In this document: piece after piece, positions 22,177 to 32,404 of the stretch | Layout of the letters: every line of letters begins with the position of its first letter | How positions within the stretch are numbered: position 1 is the first letter of the stretch | Assembly (NCBI GenBank): GCA_965223005.1 | Contig: CBDCVK010000010.1 | Coordinates: forward strand, 224,001-288,000 | Length of the DNA stretch: 64,000 nucleotides | Direction: 5' to 3' | DNA from: Terriglobia bacterium | GTDB taxonomy: Bacteria; Acidobacteriota; Terriglobia; JAJPHL01; JAPKYU01 | Made by a program: the position numbers and the translations under genes | Notes under the pieces: generated by a model | What the model was told of the DNA's origin: nothing | Database searches by the model: none | Seen by the model: the letters and a program-made list of their open reading frames with translations, nothing else

Positions 22177-22216
22177 GATTGCGAGTCCCCGTTCCTGGCC
22201 GTGCTACATTCGCCCC

Positions 22217-22912
22217 GTGCGAATCCTGGTGGTTGATGACGACGTCGAACTCTGCAGCCTGCTCGGGGAATTCTTCCGCAGAGAGGGCTTCGCGGTCGAC
22301 TTCCAACACAACGGTGCAGAAGGTCTTGCGAAGGCGTTCCGCGGCGAGCACAGCCTGGTCGTGCTGGATGTCATGCTGCCGGGACTGGACGGCTTCGAGG
22401 TGCTGCGCCGCCTGCGACAGCGAAGCCAGATGCCCGTGCTGATGCTGACAGCGCGTGACGAGGACGTTGATCGCATCGTCGGGCTCGAACTCGGCGCCGA
22501 CGACTACCTCTCCAAGCCGTTCAATCCTCGGGAACTCTCGGCGAGAATCCGGGCGATCTTGCGCCGGGTCGAGGCCCCGCCCGCCGTGGCCGAGCCCCGC
22601 CTGGAAGTAAACGGCGTGGTGCTTGATCCAGCTACGCGCGAAGTCACCTGCGATGGCCACCCGGTGGAACTTACGACCTTGGAATTCGATCTGCTGCGCT
22701 TGCTGATGCGCGCAGCCGGCCGCGTGCTGTCGCGCGACGCTCTGATGGAGGAAATTTACGACCGCAAGGCCACGCCGTTTGACCGCTCCGTCGACATGCA
22801 CATCAGCCATCTGCGCAAGAAGCTGGAAACTAGCCGGCAGCGGATCAAGACGGTCCGGGGCGTCGGCTATCAGTTCCTGAAGACCTCTCGGGACGACGAG
22901 ACTGCCGAATGA
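22217..22912 (+). CDS. cpxR: OmpR-family response regulator (CpxR-like)
   Basis: ILVVDDD, LDVMLP, GADDYLSKPF, PFDRSVDMHISHLRKKL. Confidence 0.85.
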   Translation: MRILVVDDDVELCSLLGEFFRREGFAVDFQHNGAEGLAKAFRGEHSLVVLDVMLPGLDGFEVLRRLRQRSQMPVLMLTARDEDVDRIVGLELGADDYLSKPFNPRELSARIRAILRRVEAPPAVAEPRLEVNGVVLDPATREVTCDGHPVELTTLEFDLLRLLMRAAGRVLSRDALMEEIYDRKATPFDRSVDMHISHLRKKLETSRQRIKTVRGVGYQFLKTSRDDETAE

Positions 22913-24225
22913 AATCGCTGTTCGCCAGAATTCTGGTCTGGTTCCTCGTTACGAACGCAGTCATCCTGATTGCCTTTGGGGTGGCCGCCGCGCTGACGTT
23001 CTCCCATCCACGCGCCCGGCGGATGCCCTTTGCGATGCTGATCTCTCTCCAGATGCGCGAGGCGCGGCACGCCTACGAGTCGGGTGGCCCGGAAGCTCTG
23101 GCGGAGACGTTGCGGCGTATGCAGGAAGCCACCGGTACGCGTGGTAGCTTCGCTGACCGGAACGGGCGCAACCTGGTGACGGGCGAGGACCAATCCGCTT
23201 TGGTTGCCAGACTTTCCCGGCATTCGTTCTTTCCCATCCTGCGCGGCCGGCACTTCATCCTGGGTCACGAAGATGACCAGGGGCGCTACTGGTACTTTAT
23301 GGAGGTTCCCCGGCGGCGCTGGGCCTTTTGGTTGTTCCAACCGCAGTACCTGGGAGTCCTTGGGCTCGCCGTCCTGCTTTGCTACGGGCTGGCTCGCCAC
23401 GTTACCTCGCCGCTGCGACGCTTGCAGAAAGCAGTCGAGCGGTTTGGCCGCGGCGATCTGGATGCGAGGGTGGAGTCGGACCGCGCCGACGAGCTGGGAG
23501 AGCTGGCGCGCGCCTTCGACCGGATGGCCGAGCGTCTCCAGACGCTGCTGGCCGCCGAGCGGCGTCTCCTGCTTGACATCTCCCACGAGCTGCGCTCGCC
23601 GCTGGCCCGCTTGAGTGTCGCCTCGGAGCTGGCGCGCTCTCAGGAACAACGTGAGGCTGCGTTGAACCAGATCCAGAAGGAGTCGGAGCGCATGAATACG
23701 CTGGTAGGCCAGCTGCTGCAGGTAACACGTGCTGAAGGCGACCCAGCGGCGCTGCGTCTGGAACCTGTCCGGATGGATGAGCTGCTGCGCGAGCTGGTCG
23801 AGGACTGCTCCATCGAAGCCCGGGCACGGCGGTGCTCGCTCGCCTTGGAAACGCCGGCGCCGGTCACCGTGGAGGGCGATCCGGAATTGCTTCGGCGTGC
23901 GGTGGAAAATGTGGTGCGCAACGGAATCCGGTTCGCTCCGGCGGACTCGCAAGTGGAGATCACCAGCGCGATGGCCGGCGACCGGCTCACCATCCGGGTT
24001 CGCGATTATGGGCCGGGGGTCCCGGAAGAGGAGCTTTCCTCCATCTTCGACCCCTTCTACCGCGTGCAGGCCGACCGCAGCCGCGCCAGCGGCGGCGCCG
24101 GCCTGGGCCTCGCCATCGCCCGGCGGGCGGTCGAGCTCCACAAAGGTCGGCTGCAGGCGCGCAATGCCAACCCCGGGCTGGCAGTGGAGGTCGAGCTGCC
24201 CGCTCGAGGTGGCCCCGCCGAATGA
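22909..24225 (+). CDS. cpxA: HAMP sensor histidine kinase (CpxA-like)
   Basis: Two TM segments, HAMP, DISHELRSPLARL H-box, N, G1, F and G2 boxes. Confidence 0.85.
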   Translation: MKSLFARILVWFLVTNAVILIAFGVAAALTFSHPRARRMPFAMLISLQMREARHAYESGGPEALAETLRRMQEATGTRGSFADRNGRNLVTGEDQSALVARLSRHSFFPILRGRHFILGHEDDQGRYWYFMEVPRRRWAFWLFQPQYLGVLGLAVLLCYGLARHVTSPLRRLQKAVERFGRGDLDARVESDRADELGELARAFDRMAERLQTLLAAERRLLLDISHELRSPLARLSVASELARSQEQREAALNQIQKESERMNTLVGQLLQVTRAEGDPAALRLEPVRMDELLRELVEDCSIEARARRCSLALETPAPVTVEGDPELLRRAVENVVRNGIRFAPADSQVEITSAMAGDRLTIRVRDYGPGVPEEELSSIFDPFYRVQADRSRASGGAGLGLAIARRAVELHKGRLQARNANPGLAVEVELPARGGPAE

Positions 24226-24413
24226 CCTGGAAGCGGCAAAGGGATTTATCTTTGTCATGGCCCCGTCATGGCCTGGTCATGGTCTGGATGCTCCAAACAG
24301 GAAGCGCCTTTTTCAGCTTGTGTCCAACGACCCTTCGAACACCGGGGTCGAGTGGGTGGCTTTTGGAACACGCTGCTTTGTAGTAGGGTAGAATGTCCGC
24401 AGAACTAGGTGCA

Positions 24414-24489
24414 GGGGCGGTAGCTCAGTTGGTAGAGCATCGGCCTTTTAAGCCGAGGGTCCTGGGTTCGAGTCCCAGCCGCCTCACCA
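24414..24489 (+). tRNA. tRNA-Lys (anticodon TTT)
   Basis: Cloverleaf: acceptor GGGGCGG/CCGCCTC, D-arm GCTC/GAGC, anticodon stem TCGGC/GCCGA with loop CTTTTAA, T-loop TTCGAGT, encoded CCA. Confidence 0.97.
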
Positions 24490-25007
24490 CAATCCCCTTT
24501 GGGATCAACGTCGGCGCAAACACTCATAGAGTGTCTAGGGTCTGATTCACCCCAAATTCCGGCTGATTTTGCCCAGCAATTGCCCACCACGGGCATTTCC
24601 CGTCGGACAGGACTGGCCTTGGCGGGCGACACCGTGGCCTTACAATCTGCCGGATCCGGGGTAATCTTGGTGAAACATTTTCCTCATAGAATGGTTTGCT
24701 TCCAGGCCGACTCTAGCTATGCTGCTCTCAGGACTGGTTCCCGACTCCAGCGGAAAGGAGAAGGAACTTGCAGATAGACCGGCGGAGAGTTCATCGGAGC
24801 AGCGGCCCAGGCCGGCGCCGGGAACAGCGGCCCGCATCCGCATTGCAATTTCTTGACCGGCGTAGGTTCCTGGACTGGGATCGACGCACCAGGGAGGACC
24901 TTACCCTAAAAGACCAGGCGATCTACTCGCGTGAGTCAAGGTGAACCGGGCTTGGGGTAGCGTCGCTGAGGCCACACCCGACCTTTGCGAGAAGGGGGTC
25001 CAGCAAG

Positions 25008-25967
25008 ATGAGAGCAAGAACTGCTTGGTTGCTGCTGGTGGCAGTATTGTTTGTGGCCTCTTGCAGCGTGTTTCGAGGCATGCGCTGGGATAAGTACGCA
25101 TCCGCCGGATATGAAGCATACCAGGAGGGCAAGTACGCCAAGGCCGAGCCGCTCTTCCGGCAGGCACTGGCCATCGATGAGGAAGCCCTTGGCCCGAACC
25201 ACGCAGAGGTTGCAACGGACCTCAGCAACGTGGCATTGCTCTACGACGACCAGGGCCAGTACGCCGAAGCTGAGCCGCTCTTCCGGCGGGCGCTGGCCAT
25301 TGATGAGAAAACCCTTGGCCCGGATCACGCAGAGGTTGCAACGGACCTTAACAACTTGGCGGCGCTCTACGGCACCCAGGGCAAGTATGCCGAGGCCGAG
25401 CCGCTCCACCAGCGGGCGCTGGCCATCCGGGAGAAGGCCCTGGGACCGCAACATCCCGCCGTTGCCCAAAGCCTCAACAACTTGGCGGGACTCTACCGCA
25501 CCCGGGGCAAGTATGCCGAGGCCGAGCCGCTCTACCGGCGGGCGCTGGCCATCTGGGAGAAGGCCCTGGGACCGCAACATCCCGCCGTCGCCCAAAGCCT
25601 CAACAACTTGGCGGAACTCTAACGCACCCAGGGCAAGTATGCCGAGGCCGAGCCGCTCTACTGGCTGTCGCTGGCCATTTGGGAGAACGCCCTTGAGCCG
25701 GACCACCCGAATGTGGCCGCCAGCCTCAACAACCTGGCATTGCTCTACGGCACCCAGGGCAAGTACGCCGAGGCCGAGCCGCTTTTGCGGCGGGTGCTGG
25801 TGATCGTGGAGAAGGCGCTGGAGCCGGAGCATCCGAACGTGACCACAGTTCTGGAGAACTACGCCGTCCTACTGCGCAAGACGAAGCGGAAGGCCGAGGC
25901 GGCCAAACTGGAGGACCGCGCCCAGGCCATCCGCGCAAAGCACGCCGCGGAGAACGCGCCGAAGTGA
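25008..25967 (+). pseudogene. TPR repeat (lipo)protein with internal nonsense codon
   Basis: 42-aa LNNLAxLYxxQGKYAEAEPL repeats continue in frame past TAA at 25620-25622, which is TAC (Tyr) in sister repeats; lipobox-like VASC. Confidence 0.85.
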
Positions 25968-25969
25968 CC

Positions 25970-26087
25970 TACCGCCTTGTCATCCGCAATGCCGGATAGG
26001 TCCACACTATCGAGCTAGTGTTTACCAATCCCGGTTTCAGTTGGGTGAATAGTCGGCGACTCGGAAAGTACCCCAGCGCCTTGCGGC
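25970..26087. repeat. 118-bp dispersed repeat, copy 1
   Basis: Ungapped match to 31175-31292 with about 16 mismatches by manual alignment. Confidence 0.9.
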
Positions 26088-26166
26088 CGGCAGCCGATCT
26101 TCGGGCCTTCCGACTTCAATGCTGCTTTTCGCTATAAGGCAAGGTCCATGCAAACCAATCTTCACG

Positions 26167-27378
26167 CTACTTGCAGTCCGGCCCGCAGGGTCTGTTGTAA
26201 CCGATCTTGTCGATGATCACCTTCAAGCGAGCTGTTGTTGACTTGCCAGCCAACACGTCAGCCTCCGAAAAGACCGAAAGCAGGATTTCCTTTGCCTCGT
26301 GTCTTTCGCGGTCGTGAACCGCATAGATGGTCCCATCGGGTGCCTGCACCATATCGGGGTACGATACCCACATTCGTTCGTCCAGCATGAAGGGTCTGGA
26401 CCAGGTCAGTCCGTCATCTTCTGATAGGGAGGCCTGAAGAGTAACCCGAGTGTTGGCATGATGCGTGTTGATTAGCAGTAGCCTGCCGGATGCCAGGCGG
26501 CGGAGGTGAAAACGCACTTTGGGGGTGACGATGCTTGTTGCCCGCCCTTCGCTCCAACTCTTCCCGCCATCGGAGGAAGTGCTCTCCCAGATTCTTCCTC
26601 CGGCTGCGCGTATGAGCATCCACAAGCTGCCATCGCGCTTTTCGATAACCATGGGCTCCCCTTGCCAGGGACCGGGTGCCTCTACATCACCGTAGAGTTG
26701 CCAACTCTCTCCCTTATCAGTCGATATAGCAACTGCCATTCTCGGCTTTGGGCGCGTTTTTCTCACCGGCAAAACCCACGCACCTGATTTCAAAACAATC
26801 GGTTTGTTAAGAACAATGTCGCCGTGATCAGGGGGGGAATCCTCGCTTACCTTTGAGGCCTCATTCAGGGGATAAACTCGCCGGACGGGTGACCAGCTTG
26901 GGTTCTCCTTCGTTGAGTCCTCACTGTAGATGGCATAGGGACCCGGGGGTCCCGCATTCTGTGTCCAGAAGAACCAAAGTCGTCCCTCCGGATCGTGCCA
27001 CAGCATGGGGTCGTAAGCTCTCGGCTTGCCCGGCGGATCGACGACGATTTTCGGCTCGCTCCAGGTCTTGCCGTCGTCTCCGCTGGTCACAAGAAGCACA
27101 TAATTGTCCTCATGGGGCTCTTTCAGTCCGCCGCTGAACCATGTTACCCAGAGTCTCCCGTTGGCTGCCCGCTCAATGCCGGGGATACCTTGCCAGCGGC
27201 GGCTTTGCGAAGCGTACTCTGGCCCGGGCGAGGTGTTGACCTGCGGAAACTGCGGCTGAGACTCCATTGGGACAACAAGCACGAGGGTTAGACTCATTGT
27301 GAGCAAGTAGGCAATACGAACAGAGCTTCCCTTCGACTCTTCCATTTTCTCTTTGGCCTCCTCTGGAGAGCTTTCCAA
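26167..27378 (-). CDS. Sialidase-family (BNR/Asp-box) secreted protein
   Basis: Asp-boxes SGDDGKTW, STDKGESW, SSDGGKSW, SEDDGLTW; QGIPGIE, VSYPD; start may be 27345. Confidence 0.85.
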   Translation of the reverse strand: MESSPEEAKEKMEESKGSSVRIAYLLTMSLTLVLVVPMESQPQFPQVNTSPGPEYASQSRRWQGIPGIERAANGRLWVTWFSGGLKEPHEDNYVLLVTSGDDGKTWSEPKIVVDPPGKPRAYDPMLWHDPEGRLWFFWTQNAGPPGPYAIYSEDSTKENPSWSPVRRVYPLNEASKVSEDSPPDHGDIVLNKPIVLKSGAWVLPVRKTRPKPRMAVAISTDKGESWQLYGDVEAPGPWQGEPMVIEKRDGSLWMLIRAAGGRIWESTSSDGGKSWSEGRATSIVTPKVRFHLRRLASGRLLLINTHHANTRVTLQASLSEDDGLTWSRPFMLDERMWVSYPDMVQAPDGTIYAVHDRERHEAKEILLSVFSEADVLAGKSTTARLKVIIDKIGYNRPCGPDCK

Positions 27379-28021
27379 TGCGGTCTCGGCCGTAGCGGGG
27401 GGACTCCACGCTAGTTAACTTTGGCCTTCTGGCGGCTGACAATATACTACAAGATCGGGTAGCCACTCATGCGGCTGGGATAGGCAGGGGGGCAACCTGA
27501 GCTAGCGGAAATCGCAGGCGTCAACAACCGGGTGCGTCCATGATGGACCCGTCGGCACGCTCATGCAAGATCTTCGGTGACACACCGGGGTGGTGGGTAT
27601 AATCGGCGGAGATCACGTCGCCGACGCGGCCGGCGGGCGTCGAGCGCAACCTCGTCATCACCTTGTGGGACTGGGGATCGGAGATCGATGGCCGCACCGA
27701 CATGGCGGCTGCTCCGCCGAACGGTATCTCGGGACCGCGACACCGATTCCCTGTGCGAAGGGGCTGTCTCCGCCAGCTATTAGTAGACACAAGCCGACTC
27801 CTGAGGAACTGACCCCGTTTCTCCGGTCCTGTCTGGCCTCTGTCAGTCGGAAGCTAGGAACCTTCAGCGCACCTTGACCAAATGTCCTGTGGCTCAGATA
27901 GGAAGCCCAACAGCGCGGCTGGCGGCGTTGCCTTGCCTGCGGGTGGTGATATGATGCCCGCAGAAAGGGTATTTTGGAAAATTCGTGAGTAGTATTCATC
28001 TTCCGAGTTCAGACCACTCCT

Positions 28022-29071
28022 GTGTCGTACCGTAGGAGCAACAAGCGTTACCGCCGCAGAGAGCCTCTCTGGGCCCGCCTTTCCGACGAGGAGCTCCTTG
28101 AGCTGCGTTTCTGTGACCTCGACCTGAAGATCGAGGGTACCGAACTAGCGCCGCGGATCCAGCAGCTCTACAAGGAGCTTGAGGAGCGTGGTCTCCGCCT
28201 GTGCCCGCCCTGTTGGCTCTCGAGCGAGTGGTTCTCCCCGCATGACATCCCGGGAATCGCGATTCCCTTCTACCTAGCCCACCCTCGCCTCCGGAAATTG
28301 GAGGAACGCCAGATGAAGGACGTGGAAGGCGGCACGAGGACCTGGTGCATGCAACTCCTCCGCCACGAAGCCGGGCACTCGTACGAGGCGGCCTATCGTC
28401 TGAGCCGGCGGAAGCAATGGCGGAAGGTCTTCGGGCGTGCTTCGAAGTCGTATCCCGACTACTACAGTCCGAAGCCCTTCAGCAGAAAATTCGTCCTGCA
28501 CCTGGAGTGGTGGTACGCGCAGAGTCACCCGGTCGAGGACTTCGCGGAGACGTTCGCGGTCTGGGCGCGTCCCGGTTCCCAGTGGCGCAAGCGATACAAG
28601 GACTGGCCGGCACTGAAGAAGCTCGAGTACGTCGACGAACTCATGTCGGAGATCGCTGGGAGGCCTCCGCCGGTCAGACGGGGGTCTCCGGTGGAACCGC
28701 TCCACCGGTTGCGGCAGAAGCTGCGGGAGTACTATCAGGAGAAGCAGGAGCGCTACGGCTCGGACTATCCCGACTTCTACGACCGCGATCTAAGGTTCCT
28801 GTTCCCATCGACGCCAGATCAGCGCAAGTACCCACCTGCGTCAACCTTTCTACGCCGCATTGGGCCGGAACTTCCCCGGCGTGTCGCGTCGTGGACCGGC
28901 GAGTATGCCTACACGATCAACCTGGTCTTGAAGGACATGATCCAGCGCGCCCGCGAGCTCAACCTACGCATGTCCCGAGCGGAAAGCGAGGTCAAGCTCG
29001 AGGCCGCCATCTTGCTCACCATGCAAACGATGAACTACCTCCACAGCAGGAACCACCGCCTAGCGCTCTGA
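28022..29071 (+). CDS. Putative zinc-binding metallopeptidase (zincin)
   Basis: LLRHEAGH (HExxH) and YAQSHPVEDFAETFAVW motif. Confidence 0.85.
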   Translation: MSYRRSNKRYRRREPLWARLSDEELLELRFCDLDLKIEGTELAPRIQQLYKELEERGLRLCPPCWLSSEWFSPHDIPGIAIPFYLAHPRLRKLEERQMKDVEGGTRTWCMQLLRHEAGHSYEAAYRLSRRKQWRKVFGRASKSYPDYYSPKPFSRKFVLHLEWWYAQSHPVEDFAETFAVWARPGSQWRKRYKDWPALKKLEYVDELMSEIAGRPPPVRRGSPVEPLHRLRQKLREYYQEKQERYGSDYPDFYDRDLRFLFPSTPDQRKYPPASTFLRRIGPELPRRVASWTGEYAYTINLVLKDMIQRARELNLRMSRAESEVKLEAAILLTMQTMNYLHSRNHRLAL

Positions 29072-29129
29072 GCGCTCGGGCCTTTCCAGCCTGGACGGGA
29101 GACGACGAACACTTGGGATTTCGAGGTGA

Positions 29130-30149
29130 ATGTTGAAGCGTCGCGTGCTGGTCCTGACCGATCAGGAATTTCGGATGCCGGAAGACCTCAACAAGGTCGA
29201 CGACAAGTGGATCGTAGACTGGAAGACGGAATACGACGTTGTCACCGTGCTTCACAAGCTCGGACACGAGACCCAGATCCTGGGCGGCGTCACGGAACTG
29301 CGGGTCTTGAGAGAACTTCTGACGAGCTGGAACCCCCACATCATCTTCAACCTGCTGGAAGAGTTCTTTGGCGAGAATCTGTATGTCACCTACCTGCTCG
29401 GCTACTTTGAGCTCATGCGCAAGCCCTTCACGGGGTGTAACGCCTCGAGCCTCCTGCTGGCGGCCAACAAGCCGCTAATGAAGAAGATCCTTGCCTACCA
29501 TCGCATCCCGATTCCCCGTTTCAGGGTCTTTCCCGTTGGAAAAAGCGTTAAGCAGCCCCGGTGGTTGTCGTTCCCGCTCATCGTGAAGTCTGCAACCGCG
29601 CATGGGTCGGAGGGAATCGCTCAGGCGTCCGTGGTCACGAGCGAGGATAAGCTAAAGGAGCGCGTGGAGTTCATTCACGCCAAGCTTCAAACCGACGCCA
29701 TGGTGGAGGAGTACATCGAGGGCCGGGAGTTCTATGTCGGTGTATTGGGCAACCACCGCCTCCGGGCCTTTCCCATCTGGGAAATCCAATTCGGAAATCT
29801 ACCGGAAGGCTCGCCGCGGATCGCAACGTCGAAGGTCAAGTGGGACCGGAAGTACCAGAAGAAACGCGACATCGAGACCGATGCCGCCAAGAATCTCCCG
29901 GCAGGGATCGAAGAGCGCATGCGCAAGCTCTGCAAGCGGGTCTACCGCATCCTCGGCCTCTGCGGTTACGCGCGCATGGACTTTCGCTTAACGGAAGATG
30001 GGAAGATCTACCTTTTAGAGCCAAACCCCAACCCTGACCTGGGCCGCGGCGAAGACTTTGCCAGGTCGGCGCAGGCGGAGGGAGTGGAGTACGAAGAACT
30101 CATCCAGCGGGTACTCAATCTGGGGCTGCGATACCAAGCCCAACGGTAA
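29130..30149 (+). CDS. ATP-grasp ligase (D-Ala-D-Ala ligase-like)
   Basis: FNLLEEF, PFTG, FPLIVK, GSEGI, VEEYIEGRE, YARMDFR, LEPNPNP. Confidence 0.85.
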   Translation: MLKRRVLVLTDQEFRMPEDLNKVDDKWIVDWKTEYDVVTVLHKLGHETQILGGVTELRVLRELLTSWNPHIIFNLLEEFFGENLYVTYLLGYFELMRKPFTGCNASSLLLAANKPLMKKILAYHRIPIPRFRVFPVGKSVKQPRWLSFPLIVKSATAHGSEGIAQASVVTSEDKLKERVEFIHAKLQTDAMVEEYIEGREFYVGVLGNHRLRAFPIWEIQFGNLPEGSPRIATSKVKWDRKYQKKRDIETDAAKNLPAGIEERMRKLCKRVYRILGLCGYARMDFRLTEDGKIYLLEPNPNPDLGRGEDFARSAQAEGVEYEELIQRVLNLGLRYQAQR

Positions 30150-30199
30150 AGAAACTCACCCAATCTTCACCAGGCCACTCTCTCAGCCTCCACGAGTGG

Positions 30200-30319
30200 C
30201 TACTGGTCGAGTAGTCGGCTTACCTGGTAGTTGTTTACTAAGGGAGGGCCAAGCTTGATTCCAAGGTAGACGAGGACCCCAAACAGCGCGACTGCAAGCA
30301 GGGCCTTGAAGCTGATCAT
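30200..30319 (-). pseudogene. Short remnant of a membrane-anchored protein (DUF4845-like N-terminus)
   Basis: MISFKALLAVALFGVLVYLGIKLGPPLVNNYQ then early stop. Confidence 0.35.
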
Positions 30320-30885
30320 TCCAGATTGCCTGATTGACCCCTCGGTCGCGCACTCATGCTCACCGCTGGAGGGATTTTGACATCGGTGCCAACTCGGGTC
30401 GAGTGCGCGCAAGAAAGCGGGAGTCCCAACCTGATCCCCTTAGGATTACCCCTTGATACGGCTGCAAGAAGCTAAGCCGTACTTCTAACGCCAGCCTCCG
30501 CATGTGATTTCCACTAAGTGTGCCGAATTCAGTGAGGTTTGATTCAGGACGGTCTCGAAGCAACAGATTCAGCATTCGCTTGTCTCGAGCACTCAGCTTA
30601 AAGAAGTGACTTGGATGTAACCAAATCCATGGCCCTGCTTGCCTGTTTCGCAGCGTGTAACTATGCTGCCTCAACGACGGGCTCCTGACCCGAGCGGAGA
30701 GGAGAAAGAACTTGGGGTATAACGACGGAAATTTTAGCAACGCAGCGTCGGACATTTTGTCGGGCTCCTGGGCTGTGTCGCTTGATCCCACATGAGGGTA
30801 GAAGCGTGCTGAGTAAGTTGTCCTCCGGCAGAGACGCGAGCTTTTCCGATCCAGGCGTGTCTGAATTCTGAAAGGGGAGAAAAAC

Positions 30886-31059
30886 ATGAGCGAACTTCTA
30901 AGGCGCTTGTGGCATGAGGAGGAAGGTCAGGACCTGGTCGAATACGGCCTGTTGGTAGTCCTGGTCGCCCTTGGGGCCGTTGCTGGGATGAGCTTCCTCG
31001 CCACCGCCATCAACAGTGTGTTCTCCAACGCCGGAAGCACCCTGACCACTCCGACCTAG
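30886..31059 (+). CDS. flp: Flp family type IVb pilin (57 aa, below the ORF-track cutoff)
   Basis: MSELLRRLWHEEEGQDLVEYGLLVVLVALGAVAGM...: G|xxxxEY prepilin motif plus hydrophobic helix; RBS AAAGGGGAG. Confidence 0.9.
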   Translation: MSELLRRLWHEEEGQDLVEYGLLVVLVALGAVAGMSFLATAINSVFSNAGSTLTTPT

Positions 31060-31174
31060 GTTGCCAGAGAAGACCGAGTAAGCTCTATCGCGCTGACTTG
31101 CCGGTCAACCTGCGAGTCAAGGCTACAGCCACTTCCACTTCGCCAAGCTTTTCCCGCCTCGAGTGCTAGCAAGA

Positions 31175-31292
31175 TACCGCCTTGTCACCAGCAATGCCGG
31201 ATAGGTCCCCGCAAACGGGTTAGCGTTTATCAATCCCGGTTTCAGTTGGGCGGATAGTCGGCTTCCCGGAAAGTACTCCAGCGCCTTGCGGC
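31175..31292. repeat. 118-bp dispersed repeat, copy 2
   Basis: Direct-orientation match to 25970-26087. Confidence 0.9.
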
Positions 31293-31512
31293 TCCTCCTC
31301 TGACGTCGGCGCTACCGCGCGAAGAAGCGCGTGAGTTGCTGGTTGCCATCGTCCTAGTCGAGATGGACTCCAGTTCCATCCTTGCCCGCAAGCCATATTC
31401 CGAGAAACGCAAAAGGCAAGGGTCCAACCGTGCGGAAATCCTTGGACTGCTCGTACCTTGCCGTGAGCCTCGGGGTTGCTTTTTATTGGCGCGTGAAGGA
31501 TGATGCGCTCGC

Positions 31513-32304
31513 ATGAAGCTTTCCCTGTCGCTGGAAATGATTTTTGCGGGGGAGCCGTACGTCCAGCGCGTGGCCCGGGCTGCCTTACTGGGCTTCCAGG
31601 GAGTGGAATTCTGGCACACCGAGGACAAGAACCTCGACGAAATAAAGGAAGCCGCCACCGCAGCGGGTTTGGAGATTGCGACTTTCACCGCGAACCACCG
31701 AGCGTCCTTGGTGGACGAACGCGAGAGGGAAGCGTTGTTGACCGAGGTAGGCGATGCGCTGGAGATCGAGAGGCACCTGGAGTGCGGTGGACTGATGTTG
31801 CAGACCGATGTCCTACATCCGGACGGAAGCTCGGCTGCGGATGAGCGAATTCCCCCTGCGGCCCGGAAGGCCAGCACAGTCGCCGGGTTGAGAGCGCTGG
31901 CGCCGCTGGCAGAACGGGCCGGCTGTGCCCTGTGGCTGGAGCCACTCAACACTCGCCGCGATCACCCGCGAAATTCCCTCTCAAGTACCGAGGAGGCCCT
32001 GGAAATCCTGGAGGAAGTGGACCATCCTTCGATCCGCTGGCTGCTTGACTGCTACCACATGGCGCTGATGGGCGAGGATGTATGCGCCATGATACGACGT
32101 GGTTTCCCTTTGCTCGACCATGTCCATGTCGCCGGCACAGCGGAGCGCGGCGAACTGGACCGCAGCGAGCTGGACTACCGCCGCGTGGCCGAGACACTCC
32201 GGTCCCTCGACTACCGTGGCTTTGTGACCCTGGAGTTTGCGCCGCGCGGTCCGGAGGAAGCTGCTGTACGCCGCGGCGTCGAGATCCTTACGGGCGGCGC
32301 CTGA
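31513..32304 (+). CDS. Hydroxypyruvate isomerase-like TIM barrel protein
   Basis: GFQGVEFW, LEPLNTRRDHP, LDCYHM, HVHVA. Confidence 0.8.
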   Translation: MKLSLSLEMIFAGEPYVQRVARAALLGFQGVEFWHTEDKNLDEIKEAATAAGLEIATFTANHRASLVDEREREALLTEVGDALEIERHLECGGLMLQTDVLHPDGSSAADERIPPAARKASTVAGLRALAPLAERAGCALWLEPLNTRRDHPRNSLSSTEEALEILEEVDHPSIRWLLDCYHMALMGEDVCAMIRRGFPLLDHVHVAGTAERGELDRSELDYRRVAETLRSLDYRGFVTLEFAPRGPEEAAVRRGVEILTGGA

Positions 32305-32404
32305 CGCCAAGCCATTGGCCGCGGCGCCTACGAGTTCTCCGATGATAGGGGCACCATCTGAGTGATCAGCATCAACCTCAAAGGGTACAGAAAGGAGGAT
32401 AACC

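Noticed and set aside
25130-25800. DNA-level direct repeats
   Set aside because: Explained by 42-aa TPR coding repeats
25970-26087. Repeat as hammerhead ribozyme, group II intron domain V, attC site or short coding exon
   Set aside because: Core consensus sequences are absent, and differences between copies are mostly non-synonymous in the open minus-strand frame
27521-27999. Short ORFs between the sialidase and peptidase genes
   Set aside because: No recognisable family or clear RBS; possibly remnants
30360-30887. 175-aa minus-strand ORF, or a c-di-GMP riboswitch/sigma54 promoter upstream of flp
   Set aside because: The ORF has no recognisable motifs, the riboswitch consensus is not matched, and the GG-N10-GC match lacks TGGCAC context
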